The position numbers were made by a program, and so were the translations under genes. 31,665 nt of DNA from contig JBAXMY010000001.1 of the NCBI GenBank assembly GCA_037134055.1, forward strand, positions 1-31,665. Reading direction: 5' to 3'. Under the pieces are notes generated by a model that saw only the letters and a program-made list of their open reading frames with translations, did not search any database and was not told where the DNA came from. The DNA is from an archaeon (GTDB lineage Archaea > Nanobdellota > Nanobdellia > Pacearchaeales > GW2011-AR1). Shown here piece by piece: positions 25,152 to 31,665 of the stretch; within the stretch, counting starts at the first letter, position 1, and the number at the start of each line of letters is the position of its first letter.

Positions 25152-25511
25152 ATGGAAATGAAAGGGTTAATTTTTGTAAATGGACTCACGCGAGAGATAA
25201 TTGAAGCAAAATTAACAGAGGCAGGAATAAAATATCGAATTCGTGAGAATAAAAGAAGAAATCCATTTGTTAGAGATACTGACATAGAACCTGGAGAGCT
25301 AGTCTACCCGCCATTAATTCGGGAAGAAAGAGATAAACTTGATAGAGAGATAACTAGCCTGTTTGGATTCCCAGAAAGATATCAAAATGGAGACAAATTC
25401 TATTACGGATTCTACAAAATAACCCCAAAGTTCGATAGAACACAATTAGAAGGAAAAATTTCATTTAGAGAGGGATTATTAATGGAAAGAATACACTTTT
25501 ATCCGGCATAA
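25152..25511 (+). CDS. Hypothetical protein
   Basis: 119 aa, ATG 1 nt after the upstream stop; overlaps the convergent cdc48 3' end by 13 nt. Confidence 0.65.
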   Translation: MEMKGLIFVNGLTREIIEAKLTEAGIKYRIRENKRRNPFVRDTDIEPGELVYPPLIREERDKLDREITSLFGFPERYQNGDKFYYGFYKITPKFDRTQLEGKISFREGLLMERIHFYPA

Positions 25512-27835
25512 ATTGGACCCGTTTCCAATCCGGCCTTTGCCTGCTTAAGATATAAATCTTCCATCTTCTTATACATTTTTGCCGTGTCTGGAGACACCGA
25601 TGGCTTTGACTTCTTCAATGCTTCCTCAAAGTCCTCTCTTGATACCACCTTTGCTGTGCCATCTTTTCTCAATGCATTCAATGAAGCTTCTCTCACAAGT
25701 CCTTCAATGTCAGCTCCAACAAATCCCTCTGTTATTTTTACAAGCTCAGCCACATCAACATCCTTGTCAATTGGCGTATTTTTCATATGCACATCAAATA
25801 TTGCTCTCCTACTTCTTTCATCTGGAACATCCACTAAAATAATTCTGTCAAATCTTCCAGGTCGAAGTAATGCGGGATCCAGCATGTCCGGTCTATTTGT
25901 CGCACCAATTATTGTTACGTCCTTCAAACCCTCCAGGCCATCTATTTCCGCAAGCAATTGATTCAAAACACGTTCAGTAACCTTCTGTCCATTATCTCCA
26001 CCTCTTCTTCCAGCCATCGAATCTATCTCATCAAAGAAGATTATGCAAGGAGCAACCTGTCTTGCTCTTTCAAACACTTTCCTAACTCCCTCTTCGGATT
26101 TTCCAACCCACATGCTCAACAAGCTAGGTCCCTTAATGTGAATAAAGTTAGCTTCGCTTTCCTTTGCCACAGCTTTAGCAAGCATCGTCTTACCAGTTCC
26201 AGTAGGACCGTATAGAAGAATTCCTCTTGGTGGGCGTATTCCCAATCTCTTGAATCCTTCAGGATTTTTAAGTGGCCATTCAACTGCTTCCTTTAGACTT
26301 TGTTTTGTTTCTTCAAGTCCTCCAATATCATCCCAACCCACATTTGGCGTTTCGACAAGCACCTCGCGCATTGCACTTGGTCTGACCACACGCAGAGCAT
26401 CATCAAAATCTTCTGCCTTTACAATTATCTTATCAAGAATCTCTTTAGGAATCGCTTCCTCATCATTTATCTTCAAACTTGGCAACAATTTTCTTAGAAC
26501 TGCCATTGCCGCTTCTTTTGTAAGTGCATTCAAATCTGCTCCGACAAAACCATGTGTCTTTCCAGCGAGCATATCTAAATTAACACTCTTGTCCAAGGGC
26601 ATTGTTCTCGTATGAATCTTAAGAATATTTAATCTTCCTGGCTTGTCTGGCACACTAATTTCAACTTCCCTATCAAATCTTCCAGGTCTTCTTAATGCAG
26701 GATCAATTGAATTGACTCTGTTCGTCGCTCCAATTACAACTATCTTTCCCCTACTCTTCAAACCATCCATCATTGTAAGCAATTGGGATACCACACGTCG
26801 TTCAACTTCTCCAGTTACATCTTCCCTCTTTGGAGCAATTGCATCAATCTCGTCAATAAATATAATTGAAGGAGCATTCTTCTCCGCATCTTCAAAAATG
26901 TCCCTAACTTTTTTCTCACTTTCCCCATAGAACTTGCTCATAATTTCTGGTCCATTCAAAAGAATAAAATGCGCAGAAGTTTCATTTGCAACTGCTTTAG
27001 CAAGCAAAGTCTTACCAGTTCCCGGAGGTCCATGAAGAATAACTCCCTTTGGTGGTTCAATACCTAGCTTGTCAAATATCTCTGGATGTTTCAAAGGCAA
27101 TTCAACCATTTCTCTTATTTTTTTAACTTCTTCTGTCAATCCACCAATATCTTCATAGGTTACATCTGGAGCGCTATCTTCAGATATATCTACTGCCTTG
27201 GGATTAAGTATAACTTCAGTATTTTCATTGATTATGCATGCCTGCCCTGGCGAGGTTGAAATAACCATAAACTTAATTTGCTGGAATCCTGAAAAACCCA
27301 TTCCCGCACCGCCAAACAAATCATTCATATCTCCAAAGAAGTCTGGCAATCCTTCACTCATCAAATCTCTTCTTCTCTGTACTCCACCGAGAGAAAGCAC
27401 ATCTCCCTTTGTAACCACACGACCAAGAAGTCCGTTCTTAAACATTTCAGGATCTCCCTGAACCATTATATTTTTCTGCGCAGGAGCAATTCCCACTTTC
27501 TTTGCAGCAACAATCTCTCCCTTTCTAACCAAAACTGCTTCTCCAACTCCAGTCTTTGCATTCTTTCTTATCAGTCCATCAATTCTAATTATTCCCTCAC
27601 CCACGTCCGCAGGATAGGCACGATCAACAATCACTGAAGTTTCCCGGTCACCCTTAACAACAATGATGTCCCCCCTATTCAATCCTAGAGCTTTCATTAC
27701 CTGAGGATCAATTCTTGCAATTCCCTTATATGCATCATCCTGCAATGCCTCGACTACCTTAAGCTTTACTTCTTTTATCTTTCCGTTCTTACTCTCTTTG
27801 CCATTATCTTTTTCGTCTTCTTTTCTATCTGCCAT
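25499..27835 (-). CDS. cdc48: Cdc48/p97/VAT AAA+ ATPase
   Basis: N domain; D1 GPPGTGKT / IDE / ATNR / RRPGRFD; D2 GPTGTGKT / FDE / ATNR / LRPGRFD. Confidence 0.97.
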   Translation of the reverse strand: MADRKEDEKDNGKESKNGKIKEVKLKVVEALQDDAYKGIARIDPQVMKALGLNRGDIIVVKGDRETSVIVDRAYPADVGEGIIRIDGLIRKNAKTGVGEAVLVRKGEIVAAKKVGIAPAQKNIMVQGDPEMFKNGLLGRVVTKGDVLSLGGVQRRRDLMSEGLPDFFGDMNDLFGGAGMGFSGFQQIKFMVISTSPGQACIINENTEVILNPKAVDISEDSAPDVTYEDIGGLTEEVKKIREMVELPLKHPEIFDKLGIEPPKGVILHGPPGTGKTLLAKAVANETSAHFILLNGPEIMSKFYGESEKKVRDIFEDAEKNAPSIIFIDEIDAIAPKREDVTGEVERRVVSQLLTMMDGLKSRGKIVVIGATNRVNSIDPALRRPGRFDREVEISVPDKPGRLNILKIHTRTMPLDKSVNLDMLAGKTHGFVGADLNALTKEAAMAVLRKLLPSLKINDEEAIPKEILDKIIVKAEDFDDALRVVRPSAMREVLVETPNVGWDDIGGLEETKQSLKEAVEWPLKNPEGFKRLGIRPPRGILLYGPTGTGKTMLAKAVAKESEANFIHIKGPSLLSMWVGKSEEGVRKVFERARQVAPCIIFFDEIDSMAGRRGGDNGQKVTERVLNQLLAEIDGLEGLKDVTIIGATNRPDMLDPALLRPGRFDRIILVDVPDERSRRAIFDVHMKNTPIDKDVDVAELVKITEGFVGADIEGLVREASLNALRKDGTAKVVSREDFEEALKKSKPSVSPDTAKMYKKMEDLYLKQAKAGLETGPIYAG

Positions 27836-28314
27836 TATGATCTCCTCACCCTTTTAATTCTAAACCCTTTTATTCTTCCATCGGGAGAAGAAAATTCTTC
27901 TCTCGTTTCCTGAACATTATCTTTTCTTTCATTCCTTTCTTCATCTTCATCCTCATCAAACATATCTTCTCCAAAACTTAATCGCAGAGTATCGAAATCC
28001 TCGAAAGCAAGGCTCACCATTTCATCCATCTGCTGTTTCATGTCTCTATGTCTTTCAGTCATAAAATCAACAATCTCCTTAGGAATACTTATGGCATGAC
28101 TATTTCCCACAGTTCTCAACTTAACTTCAAACCTTTTATCTTTCAAATCTTTCATTTGTTCAGAACTATTCAAATCCGCAGGATGAATTATCTTATCCCC
28201 ACACTTGGAACATACAACTGCTCGCAATTCAAACCCGCCCCTATTCACAATGCCTGGCTTCATCTTCACATTGCATTTCTTGCATAGAATTGTCGCATCA
28301 AATATGTCCGTCAT
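27835..28314 (-). CDS. Zn-finger plus AbrB/SpoVT/MazE-type DNA-binding protein
   Basis: CKKC...CSKC followed by VKLRTVGNSHAISIPKEI; acidic tail; TAATG overlap with cdc48. Confidence 0.8.
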   Translation of the reverse strand: MTDIFDATILCKKCNVKMKPGIVNRGGFELRAVVCSKCGDKIIHPADLNSSEQMKDLKDKRFEVKLRTVGNSHAISIPKEIVDFMTERHRDMKQQMDEMVSLAFEDFDTLRLSFGEDMFDEDEDEERNERKDNVQETREEFSSPDGRIKGFRIKRVRRS

Positions 28315-28378
28315 TTTAGTATATGTTTTATGTAGCTATTTTGTGTATATACATTACGTGTATACTAGTATTTAAACT

Positions 28379-28855
28379 TTATGGAAGACGACTATCTTTT
28401 CGTACTTTATTTACCAAATACCAATCTGAATATTTCTCATATATGTGTTTAGGAGAATATCCGATTATCTTTCTTCCCAATCCAAGAGTTTTTTCTCTAA
28501 TTTTATCCTCTTCCCAAACTAAAAATATGTATCCTGCCCGGTCATTACCTGCAGGACCCATGCACAAACCATACCTCTGAAAATCTGAAAGGATATCATC
28601 CCTTAGTTTCATAGGTTTCGGAACAAAAAAATGAACTTTTCCAGATTCTGGCACCTCGACTTTCTTTAGGTAGTATCTTTCTCCAGACCAGTTGGGAAGG
28701 CAATCAAGCACCTGGTAATGTCGAGCTGTATGTTTTTGGATACCCTGGGAGTCAGGATTACATAGAATTGCGCTCACAACATCGCTATTTTCACCTTTAA
28801 TAATATTAAACCTTCCAGGCATACCAAGTGGCACTTCAATCATATTTTCAGCCAT
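28379..28855 (-). CDS. Hypothetical protein
   Basis: 158-aa ATG ORF with TTTAAATA at -29. Confidence 0.75.
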   Translation of the reverse strand: MAENMIEVPLGMPGRFNIIKGENSDVVSAILCNPDSQGIQKHTARHYQVLDCLPNWSGERYYLKKVEVPESGKVHFFVPKPMKLRDDILSDFQRYGLCMGPAGNDRAGYIFLVWEEDKIREKTLGLGRKIIGYSPKHIYEKYSDWYLVNKVRKDSRLP

Positions 28856-28876
28856 ATATCAGATAATAATGTCCAT

Positions 28877-28884
28877 TATTTAAA
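28877..28884 (-). promoter_or_regulatory. TATA box for 28379..28855
   Basis: TTTAAATA at -29..-22. Confidence 0.7.
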
Positions 28885-28938
28885 TCATTACTATATTCAG
28901 TATATAAATCAAAAATACCATAAAAAATCGAAAAAAGA

Positions 28939-28946
28939 TTTATTAA
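28939..28946 (+). promoter_or_regulatory. TATA box for the MFS gene
   Basis: GAAAAAAGA-TTTATTAA at -29..-22. Confidence 0.7.
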
Positions 28947-28967
28947 CGCACTTTATCTAGTGCAATC

Positions 28968-30380
28968 ATGGAACCACAAAAAACCACAAAAACCCTTATC
29001 CAAAACAGATTAAGAGAAAACGCCAGAAAGACAAGTATCAAAGAAGGCTCTGCGGCCTCAGTCATGTCTGGCACTGGAGACAATTTTATCTCTGCATTTG
29101 CCGTGGCCCTCTCCAAGAGTATGCCCGGACAATCAATCTATCTGGCAATCATGGGTTCAATCGCAAGCGTTTTCTCTCCAATTGCCCAACAATTCGGTTC
29201 AAGGCTCATGGAAAAACGTTCCAGAAGAAGCATCGTCGTACCTTTGACGCTTGCACAAGCTTTTACCTGGATTCCCATCGCAATTCTGGCACTTCTAGCC
29301 TGGCAAGGCATTCTTGAAACCTACCTCCCCTATCTGCTGGTAGTATTCTATGGCCTATATGCCATATTTGGTGGCCTTTCAGGACCAGCCTGGTTTTCCT
29401 GGATGGGGGACATAGTAGATGACAAAGATCGCGGACGCTATTTCAGCAAAAGAAATAGAATTGCTGGAACCATATCCCTGACGACATTCCTAATTGCAGG
29501 ATATTTCCTAGATATATTCAAAACTCACGGGCTCGTATTTATCGGCTTCGCAATTCTATTTGGAATTGCATCGAGTGCGAGAATAGTTTCTCACAACTAT
29601 TTCAAGAAGCAATATGAACCTGAATTGAAATTGAAAAAAGAATACTATTTCTCATTCTGGCAATTCCTAAAGAAATATACTAATTTTACGAAATTTGTAA
29701 TATTCCAGTTCCTCTATCACGTGGTCTTCATGTTTGCATCCCCCTTCTTTACAGTTTACATGCTTAACGAATTGAAATATGACTATCTTACATTCACCAT
29801 CTTAGTTACTTCGGGCACTCTTTTCTATCTCATGTTCACTCCACTGGTTGGAAAGTTCTCAGACAAATATGGGAATAAACGTCTTCTTTATCTTGGGGGC
29901 GTTTGCTATGGAATCAGTCTGATACCTTGGTTATTTTTCACCAATGTTTGGGTGCTCATATTTTCCTACCAGATAATCTCGGGTTTGGGAACGGCCGCAT
30001 ATAGCATTGGCACATCCAACTACCTATATGATACCGTAACTCCACAAAGACGTGGGATTTGCGTAGCCTACATGAACATAGGAATCGGCGCAGGAGTTTT
30101 CATTGGAGCAATGCTTGGGGGTTGGGTATTAAACAACATTCATTTCACCTGGATAAACACCTTCCTACTAGTATTTGGCATCTCGGCAGTTCTTAGAATA
30201 CTAGTTCCAGTTATATTTATTCCAAGAATAAAAGAAGTTAAGCCAGTTGCAAATATTCCAGAATTCTCATTCAGCGTAATAAATCCATTTACCCTTCTTG
30301 ATACATCAATAGAATGGTTTAGAGAAGTAATCACGAGGCATAGAGTTTACTTAAAAAAGATAGTTATAAGAAAAAAATAA
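28968..30380 (+). CDS. Major facilitator superfamily transporter
   Basis: About 12 TM segments; GSRLMEKRSRR and GKFSDKYGNKR motif-A loops; D..RGRYFSKR and PQRRG loop motifs. Confidence 0.92.
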   Translation: MEPQKTTKTLIQNRLRENARKTSIKEGSAASVMSGTGDNFISAFAVALSKSMPGQSIYLAIMGSIASVFSPIAQQFGSRLMEKRSRRSIVVPLTLAQAFTWIPIAILALLAWQGILETYLPYLLVVFYGLYAIFGGLSGPAWFSWMGDIVDDKDRGRYFSKRNRIAGTISLTTFLIAGYFLDIFKTHGLVFIGFAILFGIASSARIVSHNYFKKQYEPELKLKKEYYFSFWQFLKKYTNFTKFVIFQFLYHVVFMFASPFFTVYMLNELKYDYLTFTILVTSGTLFYLMFTPLVGKFSDKYGNKRLLYLGGVCYGISLIPWLFFTNVWVLIFSYQIISGLGTAAYSIGTSNYLYDTVTPQRRGICVAYMNIGIGAGVFIGAMLGGWVLNNIHFTWINTFLLVFGISAVLRILVPVIFIPRIKEVKPVANIPEFSFSVINPFTLLDTSIEWFREVITRHRVYLKKIVIRKK

Positions 30381-30392
30381 TCATTCACAACA

Positions 30393-30400
30393 TTTAAAAG
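30393..30400 (+). promoter_or_regulatory. TATA box for 30422..31042
   Basis: TTTAAAAG at -29..-22. Confidence 0.65.
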
Positions 30401-30421
30401 TAAAGCAGCCATACAAACAAT

Positions 30422-31042
30422 ATGTTCTTCAAAAAAAACTCAAAAGAAAATGCAAAATGCAAGAATTGTAATTCATCCATAGCGAGGAGATATCAGTTCT
30501 GTCCACATTGCGGCGTTTCCATGGTTAGTCCAGAACAAGAAATGAAGGAATTTGGTCTTCTGGGTAGAGAAGACACTCCAATGATTCCCATGCAGGAAAA
30601 TGGAATGTTAGACAAAATAATGGGTTCACTTGTTAATAGTTTAATGAAAAATCTTGATAAGCAAATGCGTGAACTAGATTCCCCAGAAGCAATTCCGAGA
30701 GCAACTAGCATAACAATAAAAGTTGGCCAAGATAGGAAAAAAATGTCTAGCATGCCAAAAAAAGTTATGTCTGAAGAAAGAATAAAACATATCTCTTCGC
30801 TCCCTAGAATTGCTGCGAAAACGAATGTTCGCAGACTTGCAGACAAAATTGTTTACGAATTAGAAACCCCTGGAGTCAATTCGAGTGAAAATATATTCGT
30901 TTCAAAGACAGAATCGGGATATGAAATAAAAGCAATAGGCAATGACAAGATGTACGTCAATAGTCTTCCAGTAAATCTCCCAATTAAAAATCTAACAATT
31001 GAAAATAATAAACTTCTTGTAGAATTTAACTCAAAACAGTAA
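30422..31042 (+). CDS. Zinc-ribbon protein with C-terminal Hsp20/alpha-crystallin-like domain
   Basis: CKNC...FCPHCG; Met-rich middle; C-terminal TNVRRLADKIVYELETPGV...EIKA...NKLLVEF. Confidence 0.7.
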   Translation: MFFKKNSKENAKCKNCNSSIARRYQFCPHCGVSMVSPEQEMKEFGLLGREDTPMIPMQENGMLDKIMGSLVNSLMKNLDKQMRELDSPEAIPRATSITIKVGQDRKKMSSMPKKVMSEERIKHISSLPRIAAKTNVRRLADKIVYELETPGVNSSENIFVSKTESGYEIKAIGNDKMYVNSLPVNLPIKNLTIENNKLLVEFNSKQ

Positions 31043-31044
31043 AA

Positions 31045-31118
31045 TGATCGCGCCAGGATTTGAACCTGGGACCCCTGCCTTATCAGAGCAGTGCGCTACC
31101 GGGCTGCGCCACGCGATC
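31045..31118 (-). tRNA. tRNA-Ile(GAU), intron-less, CCA not encoded
   Basis: GATCGCG/CGCGATC acceptor stem, GCGC D-stem, anticodon arm CTGCT-CTGATAA-GGCAG, T-arm CCAGG-TTCAAAT-CCTGG, discriminator A. Confidence 0.97.
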
Positions 31119-31141
31119 TCAACTATCAACAAGAAAGACGA

Positions 31142-31149
31142 TTTATAAA
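31142..31149 (-). promoter_or_regulatory. TATA box for tRNA-Ile
   Basis: TTTATAAA at -31..-24 from G1. Confidence 0.65.
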
Positions 31150-31207
31150 CATTTTTAATTGCAAACGGCCAGGAAAAGATTATTAAATACTGAATATATC
31201 TAAAAGT

Positions 31208-31609
31208 ATGCATCAAAACAAGACAATATGGTTTTTGATTACCTTTAACCTGGTATTTACCGCATTCATAGGAATCTATGAATTTTTCTCTAAAACCACC
31301 GTATGCATACTTGGAAAGGGCTGTGAAATTGTCCAAACCTCGGACTATGCCTCTCTAATGGGTATTAATCTCTCCATTCTGGGAATAATTGCTTTGGCAG
31401 CACTTTTCATCCTCTATGCCCTCTCACTAAAAGAGTATATTCCATATTCATTCTATGTAATTCCATGCTACATTGGCACAATTCTAGCAGCATATTTCAT
31501 TTACCTGCAAGTATATGTAATTCAAGCCCTCTGTACAACCTGCATGATTACAGACGTCGCAATGATTCTCACAGGACTCGTAACTTTAGTCAATCTTCTG
31601 AAAGAATAA
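31208..31609 (+). CDS. Vitamin K epoxide reductase (VKOR) family protein
   Basis: Loop cysteines C-ILGKG-C, VQTSDYA, active-site CTTC and four TM segments. Confidence 0.9.
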   Translation: MHQNKTIWFLITFNLVFTAFIGIYEFFSKTTVCILGKGCEIVQTSDYASLMGINLSILGIIALAALFILYALSLKEYIPYSFYVIPCYIGTILAAYFIYLQVYVIQALCTTCMITDVAMILTGLVTLVNLLKE

Positions 31610-31645
31610 ATAGAAAAACCCTCTAATCTTAAAAAAATTAAGAAA

Positions 31646-31665
31646 GCACCGTTAGTATACCGGTT
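31646..31665 (+). tRNA. Possible 5' end of a tRNA cut by the window edge (identity unknown)
   Basis: GCACCGT-TA-GTAT-A-CC-GG-TT fits positions 1-7, U8, the D-stem, A14 and G18G19. Only 20 nt are visible. Confidence 0.4.

Noticed and set aside
28948-28963. GCACT-N6-AGTGC between the TATA and ATG of the MFS gene
   Set aside because: 5-bp arms are too short to support an operator call without homologs.
31045-31118. tRNA-Ile as the attachment site of an integrated element
   Set aside because: No duplicate of the tRNA 3' end and no integrase seen in the window.
509-31336. Many antisense or alternate-frame ORFs in the track (e.g. 1469..1774, 5772..6185, 11973..12335, 14184..14594, 23721..24203, 25584..25961, 26250..26615, 30493..30846, 31031..31336)
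   Set aside because: They lie within well-supported genes or the tRNA, lack TATA or coupling signals, and have no recognisable motifs; they are shadow ORFs.

Overview
Gene-dense, AT-rich archaeal DNA. The gene set (FEN1, Cdc48, type-2 MetAP, Trm5-like methylase, BRE/TATA promoters) and the protein families best fit a DPANN archaeon, most likely Ca. Pacearchaeota; this is inference, with no database search. Housekeeping genes are trm5 (partial), fen, a Pol II-like polB, galE-like, an RNA m5C methylase, map, cdc48, an MFS transporter, VKOR and tRNA-Ile(GAU). They are interleaved with orphan membrane-protein paralog pairs, two probable toxin-antitoxin pairs and two accessory islands. The best candidate for an undescribed system is the 7.4-kb island between fen and polB. 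There one EExxH..E zincin-like domain occurs twice: at the C-terminus of a 1252-aa exported protein with a Gly/Ala-rich hydrophobic segment, coupled to a pilin-like gene, and as a 323-aa protein with a C-terminal two-helix 'N-x-T-G-x-V' membrane tail. That tail recurs on an unrelated protein at 20130-20918, whose gene sits inside nested inverted repeats in hairpin-rich non-coding DNA. About 19 genes have a TATA-like octamer exactly 29-22 nt upstream of the ATG; I used this to correct several ORF-track starts. All alignments were done by eye.
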